DNA of 64,000 nucleotides from Bacillota bacterium. Its GTDB lineage: Bacteria > Macinerneyibacteriota > Macinerneyibacteria > Macinerneyibacteriales > DSCS01. Within the stretch, counting starts at the first letter, position 1, and the number at the start of each line of letters is the position of its first letter. Where the stretch lies: contig DSCS01000029.1 in assembly GCA_011048995.1 (NCBI GenBank), positions 5,942-69,941 of the forward strand, given 5' to 3'. This document shows, piece after piece, positions 1-8,429 of this stretch. The translations under genes and the position numbers were made by a program. The notes beneath the pieces were generated by a model that was not told the DNA's origin, made no database searches, and saw only the letters and a list, made by a program, of their open reading frames with translations.

Positions 1-134
1 CTCATTGATTTTTCTTACCCCTGGTGGCATACCACAGAGGATACCCCGGATAAATGCTCTCTTATGAATATTGACATGATCGTCTCACTTCTCTTTGATA
101 TTGCCGTCACTCCCAGCAAGTTTTATCCGTCGTT

Positions 135-1109
135 TTAATGGGAGAGAAGATAGTCGGCAGCGGCTAAAGCAGCCCGAGCTCCCTCTCCGGCAGCAATGAC
201 GATCTGCTTAAAAGGGACGTCGGTAACATCCCCGGCGGCGAAGACCCCTTCCACGGATGTCGCTCCATGCTTATCGACGATGATTTCTCCGTATTTGTTG
301 AGATCCACAAACCCCTGAAGGAATTCTGTGTTGGGGATCAGTCCGATCTCTACAAAAAGTCCCTCCAAGGGAAGTTTCTTCTCTTCACCGGTCAGGCGGT
401 TTTGAATGACCGCATGGGTGAGGGTGGTCTCTCCCTCGCAGCGGATCACAGCGGAGTTGAAAAAGATCTCCATTTTATCCCGGAAGGGATCGATTTTTCC
501 GCGCACGGCACGGTCAGCGGTAAAGTCTTCCAGAAATTGGATGACATAGATTTTTTTAGCGATTTTTCCCAGATCTACAATAGCCTCGATGGCTGAGTTT
601 CCCCCGCCGACGACGGCAACAGTTTTATCCCGGTAAAGAGGAGCATCGCATGTGGCGCAATAAGCGACGCCGCGCCCTGTCAATTCTTTTTCCCCGGGGA
701 CATCCATGGGCCGCGAACGTTTGCCTGTGGCCAAAATAATCGTTCGCCCCCTAAATGTTTTCCCGTCATCTGAATAAACTTTGAACAGGTCTTTCTCTTT
801 TTCAATTGACTTTACATGGACAAATTCATAGGTCTCCACATCGTATTGAAGCATGTGATTTTTCCAGCTTTCGGCCATGTCGGGACCGAGAATATGCGTC
901 GTTCCGATGTAATTCTCCACTTCGGAAGTGCTTAAGACCTGACCTCCCATGTCAAAAGTGATAAGGCCTGTCTTTAATCCTTTACGGGCCGCATAAAGAG
1001 CGGCGTTCATTCCTCCGGGGCCTCCTCCGATGATGATGGTATCGTATAATGTCTTCTCATCCATAGGCTCTGCTGTCTTAGAAGAGGGCAATTTAAAATC
1101 AAAAGGCAT
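135..1109 (-). CDS. trxB: Thioredoxin-disulfide reductase. The start was moved to the Met at 1109, which has an AGGAGG RBS; the tracked ORF extends further upstream.
   Basis: Translation carries the FAD-binding motif IIIGGGPGGMNAALYAAR, the redox-active CATCDA and the NADPH-binding site VVGGGNSAIEA. Length is about 325 aa. Confidence 0.9.
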   Translation of the reverse strand: MPFDFKLPSSKTAEPMDEKTLYDTIIIGGGPGGMNAALYAARKGLKTGLITFDMGGQVLSTSEVENYIGTTHILGPDMAESWKNHMLQYDVETYEFVHVKSIEKEKDLFKVYSDDGKTFRGRTIILATGKRSRPMDVPGEKELTGRGVAYCATCDAPLYRDKTVAVVGGGNSAIEAIVDLGKIAKKIYVIQFLEDFTADRAVRGKIDPFRDKMEIFFNSAVIRCEGETTLTHAVIQNRLTGEEKKLPLEGLFVEIGLIPNTEFLQGFVDLNKYGEIIVDKHGATSVEGVFAAGDVTDVPFKQIVIAAGEGARAALAAADYLLSH

Positions 1110-1371
1110 GATCTTCCTCCTTTGGGGGATTGAGAGTGAAAAGCAGTAAATCCTCAAAGAGCGCGAGTTCTTCCTCCTCATCTTCGTCTTTTGTCTCCAT
1201 AAGCGATAAAATGGCCAAAAGGTCTTCAATATCAGCCCGGCTCAGATGCAAAACCGCTTTTTTGCCGCGTTCTTCTTTTTTTTTGGAGAAATAGGATCGA
1301 CTTTCCGTAGAAAAGGCAATAACGTTTTCCCATATCCGTAATTCTTTTTTGTCAATTTCAATCTCTGGCAT
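1099..1371 (-). CDS. Small acidic hypothetical protein (90 aa). Its stop overlaps the trxB start by 11 nt.
   Basis: The ORF is positioned for translational coupling to trxB. The protein is E/D-rich with a predicted helical C-terminus. No family recognised. Confidence 0.35.
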   Translation of the reverse strand: MPEIEIDKKELRIWENVIAFSTESRSYFSKKKEERGKKAVLHLSRADIEDLLAILSLMETKDEDEEEELALFEDLLLFTLNPPKEEDHAF

Positions 1372-1513
1372 TCTTTCTCCTCTCTGCCCATATTATAAAC
1401 CCGGAAGATGTTCATGTCCAGTGTAAATATAATAATATAAGAAAAATCTTATATAGGAAAGATAATATTTTTCTCTTTCCGGGGAAGCATTCCCGCCTAA
1501 AACGAATTATATA

Positions 1514-1541
1514 TTGACAATAAGTGACATTGCCTTATACT
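1514..1541 (+). promoter_or_regulatory. Sigma70-like promoter for the membrane-protein operon.
   Basis: TTGACA at 1514-1519, a 16-17 nt spacer, then TATACT at 1536-1541. An AT-rich UP-like sequence lies upstream. A GGAGG RBS at 1569-1573 precedes the ATG at 1581. Confidence 0.5.
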
Positions 1542-1580
1542 TTTTTCGTGTTTTCGTTGAATCATCATCAAGGAGGTAAT

Positions 1581-2705
1581 ATGAAAAGGCTGCTGGTCAT
1601 TCTGCTCTTCCTTTCTGTTATTCCCTTTTCTTTGCAAGCGCAGGAGGGGGAAGCTATTTTTATCGCGGAAGATGTGAAATATGATTCCGGCGGGTCTATC
1701 AATCTGATATGGACCGTACCGGACCTGGAACAAAATTTGATATTAGAGATCTTCCGAGTATTTGGCGAAACAGAAGGAAAGATCATTCAAACTCCGGACG
1801 CGAGCGGACGTTTCACAGACAGAAACCTGGATTATAAAGGAAGTTATTATTATGTCCTGCGAGCTGTCAACCCGGAGGGAGAAATATTTCAGGAATGGAC
1901 GACAGAGACAATTATTCCCGCTGCGGCCTGGTTTGATTGGAGCAAACTGATCGTCCTTATCGCTCTTGTCATAATCTTTGCATTGATTACTCATTATATT
2001 AAAGCCGCCAAGAGGGGTGTCGAGTTTACCATCAGGAAGATCCCTGCGCTGGAATCAGTGGATGAAGCCATCGGACGGGCAACAGAAATGGGAAAACCCA
2101 TTCTCTTCGTTCCCGGGATCATGGATATCGACGATGTCCAGACTGTCGCCGGGATCATCATCCTGGGGGAAGTGGCCTCCAAGACGGCAGCCTATGATGC
2201 AATATTGAATGTCCCGGTCTCTCGTTCAATGGTCATGTCCACGGCCCGTGAGACGGTAAAGGAATCTTATCTGAAAGCCGGGCGTCCCGACGCCTTCAAT
2301 GAAAATATGATCCATTATCTGACCGATGACCAGTTCGGGTATGTCTCGGGCGTCGACGGGATCATGGCCCGTGAAAAGCCGGCGGCCATTTTTATGTTGG
2401 GGACTTTTTATGCCGAAAGCCTGATTTTGGCCGAGACCGGCAACTCCATCGGGGCCATTCAGATCGCCGGGACGGCTATGCCCTCCCAGCTGCCTTTTTT
2501 TATTGCCGCCTGCGATTATACTTTGATCGGGGAAGAGCTTTATGCCGCATCAGCTTATCTCAGCCATCAGCCTCATATGTTAGGCGCCCTGAAGGGGCAG
2601 GATATGGCGAAACTTTTGATTATGGTTATTCTTATCATCGGAACCATTCTGACGCTTCTTTTTCCTGAACTGGGAATCGTCGAGTTGTTTGCCAATATCG
2701 GCTGA
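1581..2705 (+). CDS. Exported or membrane protein of unknown function. It has a cleavable signal peptide, a roughly 100-aa Ig/FN3-like beta-sandwich ectodomain, a TM helix, a roughly 200-aa domain and a C-terminal hydrophobic segment.
   Basis: N-terminus is MKRLLVILLFLSVIPFSLQAQEG. Beta-rich segment runs SINLIWTVPD...YYYVLRAVNPEGE. TM segment is LIVLIALVIIFALI. C-terminal hydrophobic stretch is LLIMVILIIGTILTLLF. The real start is at 1581 behind an AGGAGG RBS; the tracked ORF starts at 1524. Confidence 0.6.
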   Translation: MKRLLVILLFLSVIPFSLQAQEGEAIFIAEDVKYDSGGSINLIWTVPDLEQNLILEIFRVFGETEGKIIQTPDASGRFTDRNLDYKGSYYYVLRAVNPEGEIFQEWTTETIIPAAAWFDWSKLIVLIALVIIFALITHYIKAAKRGVEFTIRKIPALESVDEAIGRATEMGKPILFVPGIMDIDDVQTVAGIIILGEVASKTAAYDAILNVPVSRSMVMSTARETVKESYLKAGRPDAFNENMIHYLTDDQFGYVSGVDGIMAREKPAAIFMLGTFYAESLILAETGNSIGAIQIAGTAMPSQLPFFIAACDYTLIGEELYAASAYLSHQPHMLGALKGQDMAKLLIMVILIIGTILTLLFPELGIVELFANIG

Positions 2706-2719
2706 CAGGAGGAGCTAAT

Positions 2720-3379
2720 ATGTTTTGGAAAAGACAATTTCCCATATTGATCACCGCATTCGTGGCTTTTGTCATGATTGCCGCTTTTTTTATCCCGAAA
2801 CCGAATATTGCCGTTGCCCGGGATAATCTGCAGCAGTGGTTTTTAATCGTCGTGACCTTTACCATGGTTTTGGGGCTGTTGAACCTTTTGCTTGTGAGTT
2901 ATCAGAAAGCCAGAAGGGGCCGCAAAGAGGACCGTTTCTACCAATGGGTGACCATTGCCGGCCTTTTGGGCACGATTATTGCGGGATTTCTCGGCGGTGG
3001 AATCGACGGGCCCGCCTTCGATTTTATCTTTGAACATATTTATAAACCATTGAGCGCCACGATCTTTTCTCTTTTGGCCTTTTATGTAGCATCAGCATCT
3101 TTCCGGGCTTTCCGCGCCAAATCGGTCATGGCGACGATTCTTCTCATCACGGCGTTTATTGTGATGTTGGGCCGCGTGCCTTTGGGAGAATGGGTCTCCG
3201 GATGGCTTGTGGGGACAAAGTTTGAGTTTCTCTATTTGCCGACTATTACTGACTGGATCATGGAAGTGATGAATATGGCCGGCCAACGGGCTGTCCTGAT
3301 GGGGGCGGCTCTGGGGCTTATCGCCACAGGCATCAAAATTATCCTGGGTATTGAGCGTTCCTACCTGGGCGGAGAATAG
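2720..3379 (+). CDS. Polytopic inner-membrane protein (219 aa, about 5-6 TM helices). Unknown family.
   Basis: Hydrophobic helices are present throughout. An AGGAGG RBS sits 14 nt after the upstream stop. It is the second gene of a coupled four-gene operon. Confidence 0.55.
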   Translation: MFWKRQFPILITAFVAFVMIAAFFIPKPNIAVARDNLQQWFLIVVTFTMVLGLLNLLLVSYQKARRGRKEDRFYQWVTIAGLLGTIIAGFLGGGIDGPAFDFIFEHIYKPLSATIFSLLAFYVASASFRAFRAKSVMATILLITAFIVMLGRVPLGEWVSGWLVGTKFEFLYLPTITDWIMEVMNMAGQRAVLMGAALGLIATGIKIILGIERSYLGGE

Positions 3380-3388
3380 GGGGGTATT

Positions 3389-4228
3389 ATGACATTTCTT
3401 GAAAAACTCGATCGATTGGACCGCCGCATCATCTTTTTGATCATCGGCATCGCCGTCTTTACTCCGCTGCTTTTCAAAGTCCCGGTGAAAGTCCCCGGGT
3501 CTCCCATTGTTCAAAGCATTTATGAGGGGATCGAAGCCTTGCCGGAAGGAAGCATCATCCTGCTTTCTTTTGACTATGACCCCTCCACATTGGCGGAATT
3601 GCAGCCCATGTCGGAAGCGGTGGTCTACCATTGTGTTCAGAAAAAACATAAAATGGTCTTCATGGGCCTCTGGCCCCAGGGACCGAAATTGGCTCAGGGG
3701 ATTATGGATGACGTGGGTCCCCGGAATAACCTGGAATACGGCGTGGATTATGTCAATCTGGGTTATAAGACCGGGGGGCTTGTCTTGATCAGCAGTATGG
3801 GATCGGCGATAACAGATCCTTTTCCCACAGACACCTACGGGGCTTCACTCAGTACCCTTCCCCTTTTTAAGGATTTGAAAACATTGAGGGATTTTGATTA
3901 TGTGGTCTCCATGTCTGCCGGGGATCCGGGGATCAAGCACTGGGTCATGATCGCACAAGACCGCTTTAAAGTGCCCGTGGGGGGCGGAGTGACGGCTGTC
4001 AGCGCTCCGGCCTTTTATGCCTATTACAACTCCGGGCAGCTTCAGGGTCTTATGGGAGGCTTGCGCGGGGCTGCAGAATATGAAACGCTGATCGATGTTT
4101 CCGGTTCCGCTTCCTTAGGGATGAGCGCTCAGAATTGGGCTCATTTGATGATTATTCTCTTTATCATTATCGGGAACACGACCATGTTGATTTTGAAACG
4201 AAGAAAAGAAAAAAGCAGGGGTAGGTGA
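3389..4228 (+). CDS. Bitopic membrane protein (279 aa). It has N- and C-terminal TM helices flanking a roughly 220-aa soluble domain, with a basic C-terminal tail. Unknown family.
   Basis: N-terminus MTFLEKLDRLDRRIIFLIIGIAVFTPLLF. C-terminus HLMIILFIIIGNTTMLILKRRKEKSRGR. A G-rich RBS precedes the start. Confidence 0.55.
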   Translation: MTFLEKLDRLDRRIIFLIIGIAVFTPLLFKVPVKVPGSPIVQSIYEGIEALPEGSIILLSFDYDPSTLAELQPMSEAVVYHCVQKKHKMVFMGLWPQGPKLAQGIMDDVGPRNNLEYGVDYVNLGYKTGGLVLISSMGSAITDPFPTDTYGASLSTLPLFKDLKTLRDFDYVVSMSAGDPGIKHWVMIAQDRFKVPVGGGVTAVSAPAFYAYYNSGQLQGLMGGLRGAAEYETLIDVSGSASLGMSAQNWAHLMIILFIIIGNTTMLILKRRKEKSRGR

Positions 4229-4908
4229 TGATGATGACATTTGCTGGAGCAATCGGAATTTTTCTGGCAGGAGCACTGACCCTTGCCATTTTTAGTTTTC
4301 TTTATAAGGACAATCCGGTCTACAAGTTCGCCGAACATCTCTTTATCGGGACTTCGGCGGGGTATTGGTTTGTCTATAATGTGTACAATGTCTTTTGGCC
4401 AAATGTAATTGTGGCTTGGGGGGAAGCGGAAGGTTTCTGGGCCTATTTCAATATTGTCATGCCTGTTTTGCTGGGTGTTTTCATGCTTATGCGTCTGATT
4501 CCCTCCATTGCCTGGATCTCACGCTGGGCCATGGCTTTTTCTGTGGGGATGAGTGTAGGGTTCAGTATTATTATGGAGCTTCAGACGAATATTTTACAGC
4601 AGATCGGTGCGACCTTGAGCCCCTTTGCCTCTCTTCACTTTAATAACGGAGGTACCGCAGCGGCAGTGAATGCTATTATAATTCTCCTTGCGGTTTTGTC
4701 TGCTTTGGTGTATTTTTTCTTTTCCAAGGAGCATACGGGTGCTTACGGGCATGTTGCCAAAGTGGGTATCTGGGTCCTGATGATCACTTTTGGGGCTTCT
4801 TTCGGATATACGGTCATGGCCCGTATTTCCCTGCTCATCGGACGCGTGCAGTTTTTACAGGAAGAGTGGTGGGTTGCCATCAAGCATCTCATCGGTCTGG
4901 GATCATAA
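4225..4908 (+). CDS. Polytopic inner-membrane protein (227 aa, about 6 TM helices). Unknown family.
   Basis: Its start overlaps the upstream stop in an ATGA arrangement. Hydrophobic helices, for example IGIFLAGALTLAIFSFLY and AIIILLAVLSALVYFFF. Confidence 0.55.
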   Translation: MMMMTFAGAIGIFLAGALTLAIFSFLYKDNPVYKFAEHLFIGTSAGYWFVYNVYNVFWPNVIVAWGEAEGFWAYFNIVMPVLLGVFMLMRLIPSIAWISRWAMAFSVGMSVGFSIIMELQTNILQQIGATLSPFASLHFNNGGTAAAVNAIIILLAVLSALVYFFFSKEHTGAYGHVAKVGIWVLMITFGASFGYTVMARISLLIGRVQFLQEEWWVAIKHLIGLGS

Positions 4909-4924
4909 AAAAGTGAGGTGTAAT

Positions 4925-6166
4925 ATGAAGAAGATAGCATTCATTTTAACATTTGTCTTAGGCATTGCGGGCCTTTTCATTTTGGCCGGCTGTTCCTCAA
5001 CACAGGAAGAGGATCCCTTCGGAGCGATCACTGAAAGAGAAGAGACTCCTCTCTATGTCGTGGCATATAACAAAGGTTATAACCAGGCGGCTGCGAGAAA
5101 CTGGGAAGGGGCTGTTCCTCACTATGAAGAGGCTGAAAAGCATCTTCGTAAACTCTCTGAAGCCGAGTTGAAAGATGAGGCGACAGAAAGAATCTTTCAG
5201 AGAACACTTATGGGATTGGCCCTGGCCTACGGGAATATGGACCAATATGATAAATCTTCAGGATATTTTAAAAAGTACATTCAACGCTGGCCTGAAGATA
5301 TTAACGGCTATTTGAATTATGGAGCTATATTGGAAAAAAGCGGGCAATCCGAGCAGGCCCATGCGCAATATACCAAGGCGATGGGGATAAATCCGGAAAG
5401 CGCTGTAGCAGAGTTCGCCCTGGCCAGTATTTACCGCCAAGACGGACGTCTTGATATGGCTATCAAATATTATACATACGGATTAAAAAAGGACCCCAAT
5501 TTCCGCGACGGAAACGGCTGGTTCCAGTTGGGGAAAACCTATGAAGAAAAAGGCGATTATGAAGGGCAGATCAAGGCTTATGAATCAATGGTCGAAATCC
5601 GGCCGGATGACTGGCAAGCCTATTACTATTTGGCTGATGCCTATCTGACCATGGGGATGTCTGTGGGTTCGCGCAAGGCCAGCCTTTCTTCCTCCGACAG
5701 GCAATTAAGAATCTCTTACTATGACAAGGCGATTGAAACAGATAAAAAGGGACTCAGCATCAGACCCGATTCAGGTCAGATTATGACTCATTTGGCCAGC
5801 TCCTATGTCCGCAAAGCTGAGATGTACAGTAAAGGAACATCACAATATGCTCAGAATGCACAGGAAGCGATCAAAGTGCTGGAGCAGTTTACATCGCTTT
5901 ATCCTGATAATGAAAAAGGATATGCCCTGTTGGCCGACGCCCAACAGAAACTGAGAAATTTCAACAGTGCGATTGCCAATGCCCGGAAATCTCTGGAGAT
6001 CTCAGATAATGAATACGCTCATTCTATTCTGGGGGATGTCTTCTTTACTCTGGAACGTTGGGGAGACGCTCAGACCCATTACCGGCGAATTGCAAATAAT
6101 CCCCAGTACTCTTATGTCCGGGGGCGTCTGGAGATCATTGAAGCCCGATTGCGCGGAGAGTATTAA
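4925..6166 (+). CDS. TPR-repeat lipoprotein (413 aa).
   Basis: Lipoprotein signal MKKIAFILTFVLGIAGLFILAGCSS with lipobox LAGC. Multiple 34-aa TPR-like repeats (AxxYxxxG patterns). A GAGGTG RBS precedes the start. The tracked ORF starts at 4790. Confidence 0.7.
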   Translation: MKKIAFILTFVLGIAGLFILAGCSSTQEEDPFGAITEREETPLYVVAYNKGYNQAAARNWEGAVPHYEEAEKHLRKLSEAELKDEATERIFQRTLMGLALAYGNMDQYDKSSGYFKKYIQRWPEDINGYLNYGAILEKSGQSEQAHAQYTKAMGINPESAVAEFALASIYRQDGRLDMAIKYYTYGLKKDPNFRDGNGWFQLGKTYEEKGDYEGQIKAYESMVEIRPDDWQAYYYLADAYLTMGMSVGSRKASLSSSDRQLRISYYDKAIETDKKGLSIRPDSGQIMTHLASSYVRKAEMYSKGTSQYAQNAQEAIKVLEQFTSLYPDNEKGYALLADAQQKLRNFNSAIANARKSLEISDNEYAHSILGDVFFTLERWGDAQTHYRRIANNPQYSYVRGRLEIIEARLRGEY

Positions 6167-6177
6167 GCCGGGTCAGC

Positions 6178-7560
6178 ATGATTTCATTTGACTTTTCAAA
6201 CCTTTTACAGGCCAATATCGGGGAAAAATTCGGGCTCAGCCCGAATTTCCCTGATATGTGGAATGAGATTTCCCGTAAAGGATACTTAAAGGTCGAAAAA
6301 GGCCGAGGCGGGTATCCGTATCATTTTATGGAATTGCCCTATGATGATCATGAAGATGTCAAAAAGTGGGGCGATTTACTGGGTAAATACAAGAATTTTG
6401 TGGTTGTGGGAATCGGAGGCTCGGCTTTGGGGGCCTATGCCCTGTTTAATGCGCTGAAACATCAATATCATAATCTGATCTCCGACCAAAAAGTCTTTTT
6501 TATTGATAACTCGGATCCTGCTACAATTCTCAATGTTTTTGATGTTGTTGACCTGAAGAACACCGTTTTTAATATTATTACAAAGTCGGGGAGCACGGCA
6601 GAAACCATGTCCGCTTTTTCCATGATTTTCAACTTGCTTAACGAGGAGGGGCTTCCCCTTCATGAGCATCTGATTGTGACAACCGATCGTGAAAAAGGGG
6701 ATCTCATCAAAATCGCCGGGGAATATCATCTTCCTACGATGTTTATCCCCGAAGGAGTCGGAGGACGTTACTCCATCTTCACCCCCGTTGGCCTTTTGCC
6801 GGCTCTTTTTATGGGAATCGATCTGGACGCGCTTCTGGAAGGGGCAAAAGATATCGACTCATATTGGCGGCGCACCCCTGTGGAAGAAAATCCTGTTGCT
6901 CTCAGTGCCTTGGCTAATTATCTCTATCATACGCAGTATGGGCGAAATATTTTTGCGCTGATGTGTTACAAAGACGCCCTGAAGGGATTGGGCTTATGGT
7001 ATCAGCAGTTATGGGCAGAAAGCCTGGGAAAAAAGTACGATCTGGACAGCAATACCGTAGAGACCGGGACAACACCGGTCGTTCTCAGGGGAGCCACAGA
7101 TCAGCATTCTTTACTACAGCTTTTTATCGAAGGGCCGAACGACAAACTTTTTGTCTTTTTTGAAGTAAAAAAACCCGACCGGGACAGGTCTTTTCATGTG
7201 GGAGAACTTGAAAAGTTTAAGAGTCTGTCTTACTTTGAGGGTAAAAGCTCCCATGACTTGATCACAGCTGAATTGGCCGGCGTCAAATACGCTCTGGCTT
7301 TCAACGGAAAACCGAGCTACACGATTTCTATGGATTCTCTGGATGCTTATCACCTGGGTGGGCTGATCTATGCCCTGCAGCTGCAGACAGTCTTTTCTTC
7401 TACTCTATACAATATCAACCCCTTTGACCAGCCCGGAGTCGAAGAGGGAAAGAAGGCGACCTATGCCATTATGGGGCGTGACGGCTATGATGAGAAACGC
7501 AAGGAAATGGAAGATAACATCAAAGAGGTTTTCATCCGGGAGATCCCGTCAAAAAAATGA
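6178..7560 (+). CDS. pgi: Glucose-6-phosphate isomerase (short 460-aa type).
   Basis: PGI motifs VVVGIGGSALG, TKSGSTAETM and GGRYSIFTPVGLLPA, followed by a sugar-isomerase C-terminal domain. Confidence 0.85.
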   Translation: MISFDFSNLLQANIGEKFGLSPNFPDMWNEISRKGYLKVEKGRGGYPYHFMELPYDDHEDVKKWGDLLGKYKNFVVVGIGGSALGAYALFNALKHQYHNLISDQKVFFIDNSDPATILNVFDVVDLKNTVFNIITKSGSTAETMSAFSMIFNLLNEEGLPLHEHLIVTTDREKGDLIKIAGEYHLPTMFIPEGVGGRYSIFTPVGLLPALFMGIDLDALLEGAKDIDSYWRRTPVEENPVALSALANYLYHTQYGRNIFALMCYKDALKGLGLWYQQLWAESLGKKYDLDSNTVETGTTPVVLRGATDQHSLLQLFIEGPNDKLFVFFEVKKPDRDRSFHVGELEKFKSLSYFEGKSSHDLITAELAGVKYALAFNGKPSYTISMDSLDAYHLGGLIYALQLQTVFSSTLYNINPFDQPGVEEGKKATYAIMGRDGYDEKRKEMEDNIKEVFIREIPSKK

Positions 7561-7567
7561 GAGAGAT

Positions 7568-7831
7568 ATGACGCCTTCAATTCTTCTTTATGAGACGTCT
7601 CTCCTGGCAGAAGCGGAGATTTTGCGCAGCTTTCTTGAAGCTAACGGCATAGATGTATCATTTCTTCATGATGATTGCGGGGGAGTCAGCCCCGGGTTGA
7701 CATTCAGCCAAGGTATCCGGGTATTCGTAGAAAAAAAGGATGAAGGAAGAGCGCGGGTATTGCTTGACGAATTTTTAAGCGGTAAAAGAGAGGAGGAGCA
7801 AGATGAAAGTGATTACGGAATGGAAGGGTAA
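7568..7831 (+). CDS. Small DUF2007-like protein (87 aa, putative signal-transducing or PII-like fold).
   Basis: The start immediately follows the pgi stop. Sequence is LLYETSLLAEAEILRSFLEANGIDVSFLHDD...RVFVEKKDEGRARVLLDEF. The tracked ORF 7370..7831 is over-extended through the pgi 3' end. Confidence 0.5.
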   Translation: MTPSILLYETSLLAEAEILRSFLEANGIDVSFLHDDCGGVSPGLTFSQGIRVFVEKKDEGRARVLLDEFLSGKREEEQDESDYGMEG

Positions 7832-8213
7832 TATGCTCTTCAAAGCTCACGGCAAAAATGGATATGCCGTTATGGATGCCTCCGGAGATGTCGGCGGGCA
7901 GGAATCGGCCCCGAGTCCTAAAGAGATGATCTTAGCGGGGTTAGCCGGCTGCACAGGGATGGACGTGGTCTCTATTTTAAAAAAAATGAGGGCTTTACCT
8001 GAAAAGATGGATATTGTCGTTGAGGCTTCACTTGCTGACGAGTTTCCGAAACCGTTTACCTCCTTTACTGTTCTTTTCCGGTTCTGGGGAGAAGCCCTGG
8101 ACAGAGAAAAGATCCATAAGGCTGTGACTTTGTCTCATGAAAAATACTGCGGGGTCTCAGCAACATTAAGCCGGGCCGCCGCTATAGATTTCCGTATTGA
8201 ATTGAATCCCTGA
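7803..8213 (+). CDS. OsmC/Ohr-family peroxiredoxin-like protein.
   Basis: N-terminal ITEWKGNMLFKAHGKNGYAVMDASGDVGGQESAPSPKEMILAGLAGCTGMDV. Conserved Cys residues and 136 aa length are typical for OsmC/YhfA. Confidence 0.75.
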   Translation: MKVITEWKGNMLFKAHGKNGYAVMDASGDVGGQESAPSPKEMILAGLAGCTGMDVVSILKKMRALPEKMDIVVEASLADEFPKPFTSFTVLFRFWGEALDREKIHKAVTLSHEKYCGVSATLSRAAAIDFRIELNP

Positions 8214-8362
8214 TATTGTAATCTTTTTTTTTTGCAGGCTGCATGGTTTTAAAAGATTTAATCTTTTCAACCTGTGAATCCCGATCACATAAAAAAGAAA
8301 GCCCCGCATTCTTTTCAGACGTGCCGGGTTTCGGCAGGAGGACAACGGGGCAAGATTTATCA

Positions 8363-8390
8363 TTGAATAGAATCTGTGAAATGCTATAAT
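8363..8390 (+). promoter_or_regulatory. Sigma70-like promoter upstream of pyrE.
   Basis: TTGAAT at 8363-8368, a 16-nt spacer, then TATAAT at 8385-8390. It lies about 40 nt before the pyrE ATG. Confidence 0.45.
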
Positions 8391-8429
8391 ACCATAGCTC
8401 CGGATACATCCCGGTGAGGCGGGCATGAT

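Noticed and set aside
3092-3649. 185-aa minus-strand ORF.
   Set aside because: It lies antisense within two well-supported +strand membrane genes. Its composition is His/Arg-rich and typical of antisense artefacts. The same applies to the other internal antisense ORFs, for example 12370..12876, 48200..48736, 49747..50214, 54748..55293 and 61387..61833.
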